Of a DNA stretch of 64,000 nucleotides, positions 43,906 to 53,283 are shown one piece after another (the stretch's first letter is position 1; each line of letters begins with the position of its first letter). A program made the translations under genes and the position numbers. The notes under the pieces were generated by a model that was not told where the DNA came from, made no database searches, and worked only from the letters and a program-made list of their open reading frames with translations. Location: NCBI GenBank assembly GCA_001898225.1, contig MKTJ01000034.1, positions 13,871-77,870 on the forward strand. The letters are read 5' to 3'. The DNA comes from Chloroflexi bacterium 54-19. GTDB lineage: Bacteria > Chloroflexota > Chloroflexia > Chloroheliales > Chloroheliaceae.

Positions 43906-45495
43906 ATGCTAAAACAGGACTCCACCCAGGCGGCTTTACCCGGCCCCAGCGGCCCGGCCCGGAATTTCAGGGCAGTTATAAAATATTTCACCGGCTGGCC
44001 CGGTCTCTTTTGCGTGGCCGTCCTGGTAATCGGCCTGGTCAACCTGGGCCATTTAATCCTGAAAGCCCTCAACCCGCTCCAACTCGACTACAGCGAAGGG
44101 TTGGTCTTGAGCGGGATTCACCGTTTACTCGACCATCCCGCCCTCGGCGACACCTATTCCTTTAACACCGCCTTCTACGATACGACCGACCTGGCTTATC
44201 CGCCCGTCTTTCCCTACCTGGGGGCCTTGTTCGACCGGCTTTTACATGCTTTGCCCGGTCTGAACACCCGGCCTGAATTTGATGTTTCGGTCTACGCGGT
44301 CCGGGCCCTGACGCTGATTGGGCTGTTGAGTTCAGTGGCCCTGGTCTACGCTACGACCCGCCTGTTTAAGACGCCGCGCCCGGTCGCGCTGGCTGCCGGG
44401 ATATTATTTTTCTGTTTTCACCCGGTCATCTACTGGGGTGATGCGGGCCGGGTGGACGCGCTGGGGTTGGCTTTTGTCCTGGCTGGGGTCTATCTTTTCT
44501 GCCGGGTCGAAGTTTTGCGGTCCCAAAGCCTGGTCTACCTGTGGTCGCTACCCTTCTTCTACCTGGCTTTTTTCACCAAGCAGTCGCTTCTGGCCGCTGC
44601 TGCCGCTGTAGTGCTCTATCTTCTGGTATCGCGCCGGTTCAAACAGGCCGTTATTTTTGCCGGGCTATTGGGGGCCGGTATCGGGCTCGGACTGGCCGGG
44701 CTAAACCTTGCGACGGGTGGCAACTATCTTTTCTTCGTAACCATGGAGCGGTTTACCCCGTTTTCGCCCGGCCAACTGGTTACGACATGGGCCCTGTCGC
44801 TGCTGCTCTACGGGCCGCTTATTGGGCTGTCTGTCTGGCAGGGAATTTCTTACTTTCGGCAGGGTGGGCCGCGCCGCTTTCTGGTCATCTGGGGCGGGTG
44901 CGCTTTCCTGGTATCGCTCACGGTCGGTAAAGCCGGGGCCGCCGACTATTATTTCTTTGAGTTCTTTGCGTTCCTGGGCATAATGGCCGGGCTGGCCCTC
45001 TCGCCCACTTCCCCCGTAAACGTCCGGCACCTTTTGCCAAAAGTTATGCTCGGCCTGCAAATCTTGATTCTGCTGGTCCTGGCGGTCACCTTAAATTTCC
45101 AGTCGGACCGGCAGGCTAACCTTGGCCCGGCTTATAATGAGGCCGTACGTGTCCTGGCCGGGTATCCCGCAGGGACACCGCTCTTTGCCGAGTTAAGCGG
45201 CCCGGCCATGGCTTCGGGCCATTTCGACCAGGTCTTCGACCATTTTCTTTTTCGCCAGTTGTCCAATGCCGGGGTCCGCGACGGTCAGGCCCTGGTCCGG
45301 GATGTCGCCGGGCAAAAGTTCAAGGTTATGCTGATGGGCTACGATGTCTTGAAGCTGAATGCGACGGTCGGGTATGTACCGTCCACGCCCTGGCCGCCCG
45401 GTTTCGAGGAAGCTGTCCGGGATCATTATCGCCTCCTGGAAACCTTGCAGGGGCAGGACGGCCAGGATTACGCCTGGCTGCTGGTGCCGAAATAG
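43906..45495 (+). CDS. Polytopic membrane protein, probable GT-C-type glycosyltransferase (ArnT/PMT-like)
   Basis: About 12 TM segments are predicted, with an early DYSEG loop motif after TM1. The track start (GTG 43813) lies inside the upstream terminator hairpin, so I chose ATG 43906. Confidence 0.55.
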   Translation: MLKQDSTQAALPGPSGPARNFRAVIKYFTGWPGLFCVAVLVIGLVNLGHLILKALNPLQLDYSEGLVLSGIHRLLDHPALGDTYSFNTAFYDTTDLAYPPVFPYLGALFDRLLHALPGLNTRPEFDVSVYAVRALTLIGLLSSVALVYATTRLFKTPRPVALAAGILFFCFHPVIYWGDAGRVDALGLAFVLAGVYLFCRVEVLRSQSLVYLWSLPFFYLAFFTKQSLLAAAAAVVLYLLVSRRFKQAVIFAGLLGAGIGLGLAGLNLATGGNYLFFVTMERFTPFSPGQLVTTWALSLLLYGPLIGLSVWQGISYFRQGGPRRFLVIWGGCAFLVSLTVGKAGAADYYFFEFFAFLGIMAGLALSPTSPVNVRHLLPKVMLGLQILILLVLAVTLNFQSDRQANLGPAYNEAVRVLAGYPAGTPLFAELSGPAMASGHFDQVFDHFLFRQLSNAGVRDGQALVRDVAGQKFKVMLMGYDVLKLNATVGYVPSTPWPPGFEEAVRDHYRLLETLQGQDGQDYAWLLVPK

Positions 45496-45514
45496 GCGGG
45501 GATGATGAGACAAC

Positions 45515-45532
45515 GAAACAACGTTGAACGTT
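45515..45532. repeat. AACGTT-N-AACGTT dispersed quasi-palindrome (copy 6)
   Basis: The sequence GAAACAACGTTGAACGTT is the exact reverse complement of 28086-28103. Confidence 0.65.
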
Positions 45533-45581
45533 AAACTTATTGGAACCGGTTATACAAAGTACGAATAAAGACACTATCGTT

Positions 45582-45622
45582 GTCATTCCGAGCGCAGCGA
45601 GGAATCTCCGGTCCGTTGGACA
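45582..45622. repeat. Dispersed repeat copy B (GTCATTCCGAGCG-CAGCGAGGAATCTC-hairpin)
   Basis: It matches 63-117. The terminal mini-hairpin here is GGTCC-GTT-GGAC, so two stem positions covary relative to copy A. Confidence 0.6.
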
Positions 45623-45641
45623 ATATCACGGTCATTGGGGT

Positions 45642-47339
45642 ATGGGATCAAGGAATCTTGGTTCACTCGTACCCACCGGAATAAAGCAAGTGATAATTTC
45701 CACCTCAATCGAAAAAAAGAAATGGCTTGACCTTACCGCCCAACAACGCTGGGTGGTAGGGTGGATTTTACTTACCCTCGGCCTGGCAACCCTACCCTTC
45801 GTGTGGGGTTGGCTGAGCGCACCGCCGGGCCAGGAGTTTAGCGGCTTTTTGTTAAACGCCAGCGACGGCAATACCTATCTCTCCAAGATGGAAGAAGGGC
45901 GGCAGGGTAGCTGGCATTTCTACCTCATTTATACCGGCGAGCAAGGCGGCACCGGGGCTTATACCTACCTCTTTTACCTGCTCCTGGGCAAACTGGCCGG
46001 GTTGTTGAGTCTGCCGAATATTTTAATCTTTCACCTGGCCCGGTTGGCCGGGGGTCTGGCTCTCTTGCTGACCAGTTTCCGGTTTATCCGGCTCCTTTTT
46101 AGTAACCCGGCCCGGCAGCGTTTCGCCTTCCGGCTGGTCTGTCTTTCGGCGGGGTTGGGCTGGCTGCTGGTCCTCGTCGTGCCAAACCCGCCCGATTTCT
46201 GGGTGGCTGAAGGCTATACTTTCCAGACTATTTTCGTCAATCCGCATTTCCCGGTGGCGACGGCCCTGCTCATTTTTATCATTACCGAAGCGATGCTGGA
46301 CCTGGAAAGGTCGAATTTCAAGGTTTACTGGAAAGCCTGGCTGGCCTCATTCGCGCTTGGATTTGTCCATCCTTTTCTGCTTTTCACCCTGGCCGGGGTG
46401 CTGGGAGTAATCTGGCTGCGGCGGGTTATCGCTTTTAGAAAACCGGACTGGCCCGGTTTTGCCGGGCTAGTCCTTATCGGGGCATCCGGTACACCTGGCC
46501 CTCTTCTTACATGGTGGGGTACCACCCGCGACCCCTTGCTCAACCGCTGGATGGCCCAGAATCAGACCCCCTCGCTCGATTTACCGACGATGCTTGGTGC
46601 CTATGGGCTACTTATCCCTTTAGCGCTGGTTGGGTGCTGGTGGGTGGAAAGAATTTTAAGCCGCCGGTCGGACGTTGAAGGCGTGGTGGAGAAAGCGACC
46701 GAAACCTGGTGCTGGCAGGTGGCTACGACCTGGCTGCTGGTTACGGTCGTGCTGCTGGCCTTGCCCTTTAGCTTCTCACGCCGGTTTTTGGAGGGGATTC
46801 ACCTGCCGTTGTGCTGCCTGGCGACAGCGGGGTACTACACGCTCTTTCCAAAAGCAGGCGACCGCCTCAAAGAAAAAGCCCTTACCTGGTTTTTCTCTCT
46901 TTCGAGCCTGGGACTGGTGATAATAGCGGTGGCGCTGCTCTATCTACCACATGACGACCTCTACGACCCGATTCATTCGCCCTATCTCAGCCAGGGCGAG
47001 GTAGCCGCCATAAACTGGCTCAACCATAACACCCAACCGGGCGAGGTTATCCTGACCGGCCCGGTGCTGGGGAATGTGCTGCCGGGGCGGGTCTTGCGCC
47101 CGGTCTTTTACGGCCACCTCTACGAAACGCTCGACTCTCAGCGCAAACTGGGGCAGGTCCGGCAATTTTTCGACGCGGCTACTCCTATGGTGTTCAGGGA
47201 AGGGTTAATCCGGGACGAGCGTTTGAGTTACCTGGTTTACGGCTGGCGGGAAAAACGGTTGGGCGGATTCGACCCGGCCTCGGCGGGCTGGCCGCTCCTG
47301 TTTAGCCAGGACGAGGTCCAGATTTATCGCCTGAACTGA
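45642..47339 (+). CDS. Polytopic membrane protein, possible second GT-C-like glycosyltransferase
   Basis: More than 10 TM segments are predicted, followed by a C-terminal soluble domain. The track start at 45540 would translate the dispersed repeat (..VIPSAARNL..). The real start is uncertain: ATG 45642 or a later GTG. Confidence 0.5.
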   Translation: MGSRNLGSLVPTGIKQVIISTSIEKKKWLDLTAQQRWVVGWILLTLGLATLPFVWGWLSAPPGQEFSGFLLNASDGNTYLSKMEEGRQGSWHFYLIYTGEQGGTGAYTYLFYLLLGKLAGLLSLPNILIFHLARLAGGLALLLTSFRFIRLLFSNPARQRFAFRLVCLSAGLGWLLVLVVPNPPDFWVAEGYTFQTIFVNPHFPVATALLIFIITEAMLDLERSNFKVYWKAWLASFALGFVHPFLLFTLAGVLGVIWLRRVIAFRKPDWPGFAGLVLIGASGTPGPLLTWWGTTRDPLLNRWMAQNQTPSLDLPTMLGAYGLLIPLALVGCWWVERILSRRSDVEGVVEKATETWCWQVATTWLLVTVVLLALPFSFSRRFLEGIHLPLCCLATAGYYTLFPKAGDRLKEKALTWFFSLSSLGLVIIAVALLYLPHDDLYDPIHSPYLSQGEVAAINWLNHNTQPGEVILTGPVLGNVLPGRVLRPVFYGHLYETLDSQRKLGQVRQFFDAATPMVFREGLIRDERLSYLVYGWREKRLGGFDPASAGWPLLFSQDEVQIYRLN

Positions 47340-47340
47340 T

Positions 47341-48102
47341 TTAGCCAGCTTTTTCAAGGCGCAGTTGCACCAGCAGGTCGTTAAGGTCTTCGCGCGCCTG
47401 GGAGGACGGTGTTTCTGGGAGTTTGGTCTTCTCGGCGGCGGTTTCGAGTTTTGCCATCAGTCGCAGAAATTCCTTTTCGAAAAAGGGATAGTCGTCCGGC
47501 AGCAGGGTGCCTTTTTCCGGCCCGGCCAGTTTGCGGGCGACCAGGTCGTCAATGTACGGCAGCTTGAATTCCCTGTTCAGGCTTAAAAGATTAGCCTCGA
47601 CCCGTCCGCTCCGCATCAGGTGAATCCCGGTCAGCAGCACTCGGAAGACATAGAGCAGGGGTTTGACCCGGCGCGGGTCTTCTTTTTCAAATAACTTCCA
47701 CTGGTTCGAGGCCATACCGAGATAGTGATGGCTGTGCCGCCGGGTGATACAATCCCTGGCAATTTCTTTCAGGCGGTCGTGGGCGGGCGAGGTCCGCATG
47801 ACCAGGGGCGAGTAAATTTGCTCCAGGACATAGCCGTTTCTTTTCAGCACCATCTGGAAATATTTCTTCAGGTCGTGCGTGACCAGGTCAATTTCCAGGC
47901 TGTCCCGTATTACCGTGGTTTCGATGGTCTCGCGCCCTTGCTTGAGGCCGATTATTTCTCCCAGGGGTAGCCTGTGCAGACCCCGCAGGTCGTAATCGGA
48001 GTCTGGCGACGGGAAGCCGTAAAGATGCGCCCCGCTCACCGTGACAAAGATTAAAGGGTAAGGTTGGAGGTCTATTTCGTTTTCCAGGCGGTCATCGAAC
48101 AA
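47341..48102 (-). CDS. Pol-beta-superfamily nucleotidyltransferase (PF10127-like), paralog 1
   Basis: The N-terminus has VSGAHLYGFPSPDSDYDLRG (G-[GS]...D.D NTase signature), followed by a helical C-terminal domain. TTG start has AAGGGA 7 nt upstream. Confidence 0.7.
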   Translation of the reverse strand: MFDDRLENEIDLQPYPLIFVTVSGAHLYGFPSPDSDYDLRGLHRLPLGEIIGLKQGRETIETTVIRDSLEIDLVTHDLKKYFQMVLKRNGYVLEQIYSPLVMRTSPAHDRLKEIARDCITRRHSHHYLGMASNQWKLFEKEDPRRVKPLLYVFRVLLTGIHLMRSGRVEANLLSLNREFKLPYIDDLVARKLAGPEKGTLLPDDYPFFEKEFLRLMAKLETAAEKTKLPETPSSQAREDLNDLLVQLRLEKAG

Positions 48103-48141
48103 AGCAGTTTCCCTTCTATCAAAAACCTGAAGCCAAAGAAC

Positions 48142-48849
48142 TCAAAGGGCCGCGCGCCGGGCTTTTATAAGAAAAGTGTTGGCGCGACCGTAGTCGGGCA
48201 GGTCGGGCAAGCGGGTGCTGCTAAAGGCATCTTCTAATTGGCGGTGAAGCTCTAACCGCCAGCGGTCGATGGCGGGCCAGGCCATTTCACCACGCCGGAT
48301 TGCCAGCAGATTGTCGCGGTCCGGGCCTTCCGGCACTCGCACCGGCAAATAGCCCTCCCGCAGGGCCGTTATCGCCGACAGCAGCAAGCGGACCAGGTGC
48401 ATGGCGTGTTTAGGCCGGATTGCCCCCCGCGTCCGTTGGTCCTGTTCGAGCTTTCTAAACTGAGAGAGTGCGTAGCCGTTGAAAGTCTGGTAGATAAGTT
48501 TGGACAGGAAGACCTGGCGCATGTCGAGCAGTTCCTGAGCCAGGGGGGTGACTTTTTCGACCAGGGGTGAATAAAGACATTCCAGTACGCCGGGGTTAGC
48601 TTTGAGGGCCAGCACTAGGAACTTTTGAAGCTCCCAGTAAACTTCTTCGCTGGCCGGGTTTTCCAGTTGTTCCGGCACGCCGCTCAGCGACCACTGCCGT
48701 TCGGCGGGAGGTGGATAGCAACCGCGCCTGTCCCAGTCCGAGCCGGGAATATCCAGTCCATAAGCCCGCGAGCCTACCACACAGCCATAAATTACATAGG
48801 AATAGAGGGCCGAGCTTTCGCTTTCCCTGCCGGTTGAGTTGAAAGCCAT
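48142..48849 (-). CDS. Pol-beta-superfamily nucleotidyltransferase (PF10127-like), paralog 2
   Basis: The N-terminus has VGSRAYGLDIPGSDWDRRG, and the layout matches the neighbouring paralog. It lies 39 nt upstream of paralog 1. Confidence 0.7.
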   Translation of the reverse strand: MAFNSTGRESESSALYSYVIYGCVVGSRAYGLDIPGSDWDRRGCYPPPAERQWSLSGVPEQLENPASEEVYWELQKFLVLALKANPGVLECLYSPLVEKVTPLAQELLDMRQVFLSKLIYQTFNGYALSQFRKLEQDQRTRGAIRPKHAMHLVRLLLSAITALREGYLPVRVPEGPDRDNLLAIRRGEMAWPAIDRWRLELHRQLEDAFSSTRLPDLPDYGRANTFLIKARRAAL

Positions 48850-48894
48850 TTAGTTTCCCTGGGAATAACGGGGCCACGCTGCCCTGTTTTGCGC

Positions 48895-49692
48895 CTAGAC
48901 GCCCGGTTTAGCCGGGACCGCCACGGTTAAAGGGGTCGCGCCCTCGGTTATATCGAGTTTGTAACCGACGCCAAAAATGGTGTGGATGTAGCGGGGCCGG
49001 GAGGGGTCCGGCTCAATCTTCTCACGCAGCCAGCGGATATGTACGTCTACTGTGCGGGTACCGCCGGTATAGTCGTAATCCCAGACCCGTTCGAGCAGCA
49101 TTTCGCGGGTCAGTACCTGGCCGGGATGGCGCGCCAGGAAGGCCAGCAAATCAAATTCTTTCGGTTTGAGAGCGATAGAACGGTCGCCCAGGGTGACGGT
49201 GTGCTGGCTGGAATTTATCAGCAGGTCGCCCACCTTAATCTGGTTCTGGGTCTCCCGGTTGGCCCCATTTTTGGCTTCCCCGTTGCCCGGTTCTTCCGCG
49301 ACCATGTTCGAGGTGGTGTTGGACTGAATCATTTCCATGCGCCGTAACATGGCCCGCACCCGCGCAATCACCTCGCGCAGGTTAAAGGGTTTGGTCATAT
49401 AGTCGTCCGCGCCGAGTTCGAGGCCCAGGATTTTATCCACTTCCTCCTCGCGGGCGGTCAACATCAGGATAGGTACAATCGAGAACTGGCGTATCTGGCG
49501 GCAAAGGTCCAGGCCGTTCATGCCCGGCAGCATCAGGTCTAAAATGACCAGGTCCGGTTTTTCCTGTTTGAAAATCTCAAGGGCCCGGCGACCATCGCCG
49601 GTAGTCATAACATCGTAACCTTCGCGAACGAGATTATATTTTAAGGTCGAGGCGATATTTTCCTCGTCTTCGACCACCATAATTTTAGTCAT
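48895..49692 (-). CDS. OmpR/PhoB-family response regulator with an extended interdomain linker
   Basis: The receiver has IMVVEDE...DLMLPG..G...TA(R)..KPF. A ~30-aa Asn/Glu-rich linker precedes the winged helix (...TIFGVGYKL). ATG at 49692 is preferred over the track start at 49728. Confidence 0.88.
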   Translation of the reverse strand: MTKIMVVEDEENIASTLKYNLVREGYDVMTTGDGRRALEIFKQEKPDLVILDLMLPGMNGLDLCRQIRQFSIVPILMLTAREEEVDKILGLELGADDYMTKPFNLREVIARVRAMLRRMEMIQSNTTSNMVAEEPGNGEAKNGANRETQNQIKVGDLLINSSQHTVTLGDRSIALKPKEFDLLAFLARHPGQVLTREMLLERVWDYDYTGGTRTVDVHIRWLREKIEPDPSRPRYIHTIFGVGYKLDITEGATPLTVAVPAKPGV

Positions 49693-49979
49693 AAACGCGG
49701 CCCCTGTGACCACCCGCCGCCCTTTCACGGCTGACTGACACCCTGGAAAGTGGCCCGGTTCTCCGCAACCTCCTCTGGTTTAACTCCTGGTATCTAAAAA
49801 ATTACAATTGCTCCCTGGTAAAAAGCCGGTCCACGCAAGAAATCCCGGCGAGTTGACCTTTCTATCCTACGCATATCCACAACCATTATAAGGGGCAAGT
49901 CCGTCCGACCGCAACCGGGGCGACTCCTCATCTTTCCCGCTCTGCAACTTTTATCTTTTATCCTTCTTATCGAAAACCC

Positions 49980-51278
49980 CTATACCTCGCTCGACAGGCT
50001 GGCCTCAGGGCTGGTCCCCGGCTCCGGTTCGGCTGAGATAGCCTCTACCCGCCGCAGCGCTACCGAGAATAGCAGAACCAGCCCGGCGGCAAATTCCCCG
50101 GCCACCGCAATTCCCAACGTCAGGCGCAAACCCACCAGGGTGCCAAGAATACCGCCCAGCACCGCCCCGATGGGCGCGGCTCCCTGTGAGGCGAACGTAA
50201 AGACCGAGTTGACCCGCCCCAGCATTTCGCCGGGTGCGCGTGACTGGCGCAAACTGTACTGGTTGATGTTGTAATTGGTCGCGCCGATACCGAAAAGAAA
50301 CTGCCCGATTAAAAGGGCCAGGACGATCATAAACATGTCGCCGCCCGCCAGCACGATGCAAAAATCACCCGTTGCCATCACCAGCAACCCCAGGATAGCC
50401 GCTTTTCCCAGGTTTAAGCGGCGGCTGACACGTTTGGCCGTGAGCGCCCCAATCATAAACCCGACGCTCCCCGCTCCGAAAATCAGGCCGAACCAGCCCG
50501 GCGCCACCCCCAGGTCGCGGGTGGCATAGAGCAGCAAAGTGGCGTCAAGGATGTGACTGAAAAAGTTCATTATCAGGCTGGAAATGAGCAGCCGGAACAA
50601 CACGCTATCCCGGTGAATAACCGCGATGCCCTTTTTGATTTCGCCCCACAACGACGGTTTTGAGGCCGGACCAATCTCCGGCTCTTTTTTTACTTTGGGT
50701 AACCGTTGGAAAAAGAAGGCTGAAAAAAGAAAGGATACCGCGTCCACGATGATGGCGAAAGGGGCGGTCAGTACCTGGATGAGCAGCCCCGCTAACCCCG
50801 GCCCGGCAATCTGGACCGCCGAGCGGCTGATTTCGAGCTGGCTGTTGGCATCAACCAACTCCTGGCGGCTCAAAAGACCGGGTAAAACCGAGCGATAGGC
50901 AATCGAGAAAAGAATGTCGAAAATGCCGACCGCGAAGTTGATTGCCAGCAAAAGCGACAGGTTCAACCAGCCGGTCAGGGCCGAAAGAGGTATCAAAAAG
51001 AGCAAAAAGGCCCGCGCCAGGTCGCAGATTATAATGATGCGGCGTTTTTCGAAACGGTCCACCCAGACCCCACCCGGCAGGGCGAACACCAGGGCCGGGA
51101 GAGTGCCGAAAGCGCCGAGCAACCCTACTTCCCAGGCTGAACCGTGTAAGGTCAGCACCAGGACCAGCGGCAGGGCCAAGAAGGTGACCTGGGAGCCTAC
51201 CAGCGAGATTAACTGACCGGCCCAGAGGTTAACGAAAGCCCGGTTTCGCCATAGACTCTTTTCGGTTGGTTTAAGCAT
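49980..51278 (-). CDS. MFS transporter (EntS/MFS_3-like), paralog of 25103-26374
   Basis: 432 aa with ~12 TM segments. The N-terminus is LWRNRAFVNLWAGQLISLVGSQ. Confidence 0.8.
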   Translation of the reverse strand: MLKPTEKSLWRNRAFVNLWAGQLISLVGSQVTFLALPLVLVLTLHGSAWEVGLLGAFGTLPALVFALPGGVWVDRFEKRRIIIICDLARAFLLFLIPLSALTGWLNLSLLLAINFAVGIFDILFSIAYRSVLPGLLSRQELVDANSQLEISRSAVQIAGPGLAGLLIQVLTAPFAIIVDAVSFLFSAFFFQRLPKVKKEPEIGPASKPSLWGEIKKGIAVIHRDSVLFRLLISSLIMNFFSHILDATLLLYATRDLGVAPGWFGLIFGAGSVGFMIGALTAKRVSRRLNLGKAAILGLLVMATGDFCIVLAGGDMFMIVLALLIGQFLFGIGATNYNINQYSLRQSRAPGEMLGRVNSVFTFASQGAAPIGAVLGGILGTLVGLRLTLGIAVAGEFAAGLVLLFSVALRRVEAISAEPEPGTSPEASLSSEV

Positions 51279-51519
51279 TGAGAAAAAGACTCCTGTAGGG
51301 GATTTCTAGCACTCTCTATGGCAGAGTGCTAATAATTCAATATTAGCACCCGGTTTAAATTGAGTCAATAAAAGCTTAATAAAATCAAAACGAGTCCGTT
51401 TACTGCCAGGTTTTTTTATTAGTCCACCTGACTCCTCTGATTGGTTGCCTGGTTGTATAATGCTAACATGAAGGAACGGGATTCTACCATAAATCAAAAG
51501 GATAAGATAGAGGAAACTA

Positions 51520-53283
51520 ATGCAAAATTTGGAAAATTTACTTGGGCCGGACATAATTGTCGAAAAGAATATCCTGGTGAAAATGCGGGATGGCGTTCAC
51601 CTCGCTACCGATGTCTACCGTCCACCATCGGACGAGCCAATCCCGGCCCTGGTCATTCGCCAGCCTTACAGCAAAGAGGGGTTGGAGTTCCTGGATTTTA
51701 ACCTGAAACTCAAAAAGGTTTTTGCTGCTGGTTATGCTATCGTTTTTCAGGACACGCGGGGCCGGTTTGCCTCGGAAGGGGTCTTTTACCCGGTCGAAAA
51801 TGAAGGCCCGGATGGGAAGGATACCCTGGATTGGGTTGCCGCCCGGCCCTGGTGTAGCGGCCAGGTCGGTATGACCGGCGTTTCCTACCAGGGGATGGTC
51901 CAGTGGCAAGCCGCCGCCGCGCAACCGGAGTCTTTACGGGCTATCGCGCCTACCCACGGCCCCATCACGACTTACACCCACCGGCAGGGGGCGTACCTGC
52001 TCGAAACTTTTACGACCTGGGCGGTATTCCAGGGGGCTGTCCGGGAGTTGGACCGGCGCCAGCAGCAGGGCCAGGACGTGACCACCCAGGCGGCGGCCCT
52101 GACAGCCCTTACCGCGGACCCACGGGCCCTGTACAAACGCCTTCCTTTGAGCGAGATGCCAGAACTTGAGGGGGTCGCGCCCTATTACGGGGATTTTCTA
52201 AAACAGCCCGCGGATTGGCCGGGCCGGAACCAGGTCGAAATTTATCAAAAGACGCGGGTGCCGGTGCTGAATATTGGCGGCTGGTACGACAATTTTCTTT
52301 ACCACACCCTGGCGAACTATACCGGCCTGAAGCAACACGGCGGCAGCAAGTTAGCCCGGCGGCAGTCGCGGTTAATTGTCGGTCCCTGGGCGCATGTAAA
52401 TTTCCCCGGTATGTTCCGGGAGCGCGATTACGGGCCGCAGGCCACCATGGATAGTATCGACCTGACCGGGCGACAACTGCGCTGGTTCGACCGCTGGGTT
52501 AAGGGTGAGGATAACGGGGTAGACCGGGAAGAAAAGCGGGTCCTTCTGTTTGTGATGGGGGCCGACGAATGGCGCGAGGAAACGGATTGGCCCCTCCCCG
52601 ATACCGAATACCGACCCTATTACCTGCACAGCGGGGGTCGCGCCAATACTTTGCAGGGGGATGGTCTTCTTTCGGTTGGGTTACCGGGCGACGAACCTTC
52701 CGATATTTATGAGTATGACCCCTTGAACCCGGTGCCCACTGTCGGAGGAGCGATACTGTTGGAAGAACAGCCCGGTACTTTCCGGTTTAATACCGGCCCG
52801 CTCGACCAGCGCATGGTCGAGGCGCGGGGAGATGTATTGTGCTATACCAGCCCACCTTTGGAGCAAGCCCTCGAAGTAACCGGGCCGGTCGAACTGGTCC
52901 TTTATGTTTCTTCCTCGGCGTTGGACACAGATTTTACCGGCAAACTGGTGGATGTCTATCCCGATGGCCGGGCCGAAATCCTGTGCGACGGGCTGTTGCG
53001 GGCGCGGTATCGCCATTCGCTGGCGGAGCCCGCAATGTTGGAACCGGGACAGGTCTACGAACTGCACATCAGCCTGGAAGCGACCTCGAACCTTTTCCAA
53101 GCGGGACACCGTATCCGGCTGGACATTTCGAGCAGCAACTTCCCCCGGTTCGACCGGAATACCAATACCGGCGGTCCAATTTTTACCGAAAGCGCCGCTA
53201 ACGTAAAAACCGCGCGGAATACGGTCTATCACGACCGGCAATATCCCTCGCGGCTAGTTTTGCCTGTTATTGAGCGGGCTTAG
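51520..53283 (+). CDS. CocE/NonD-family hydrolase (X-Pro dipeptidyl-peptidase S15-like)
   Basis: 587 aa. It has DG..L..D.YRP, the nucleophile motif G.SY.G and a C-terminal beta-sandwich with NFPRFDRN..TG. Confidence 0.85.
   Translation: MQNLENLLGPDIIVEKNILVKMRDGVHLATDVYRPPSDEPIPALVIRQPYSKEGLEFLDFNLKLKKVFAAGYAIVFQDTRGRFASEGVFYPVENEGPDGKDTLDWVAARPWCSGQVGMTGVSYQGMVQWQAAAAQPESLRAIAPTHGPITTYTHRQGAYLLETFTTWAVFQGAVRELDRRQQQGQDVTTQAAALTALTADPRALYKRLPLSEMPELEGVAPYYGDFLKQPADWPGRNQVEIYQKTRVPVLNIGGWYDNFLYHTLANYTGLKQHGGSKLARRQSRLIVGPWAHVNFPGMFRERDYGPQATMDSIDLTGRQLRWFDRWVKGEDNGVDREEKRVLLFVMGADEWREETDWPLPDTEYRPYYLHSGGRANTLQGDGLLSVGLPGDEPSDIYEYDPLNPVPTVGGAILLEEQPGTFRFNTGPLDQRMVEARGDVLCYTSPPLEQALEVTGPVELVLYVSSSALDTDFTGKLVDVYPDGRAEILCDGLLRARYRHSLAEPAMLEPGQVYELHISLEATSNLFQAGHRIRLDISSSNFPRFDRNTNTGGPIFTESAANVKTARNTVYHDRQYPSRLVLPVIERA

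Noticed and set aside
45540-45641. N-terminal extension of the second membrane protein from 45540.
   Set aside because: It would translate the dispersed GTCATTCCGAGCG repeat (VIPSAARNL), a classic artefact of repeat read-through.
53280-53283. 4-nt overlap of the convergent CocE-family and histidine-kinase genes.
   Set aside because: This is a trivial stop-codon overlap of convergent genes, with no regulatory implication I can support.
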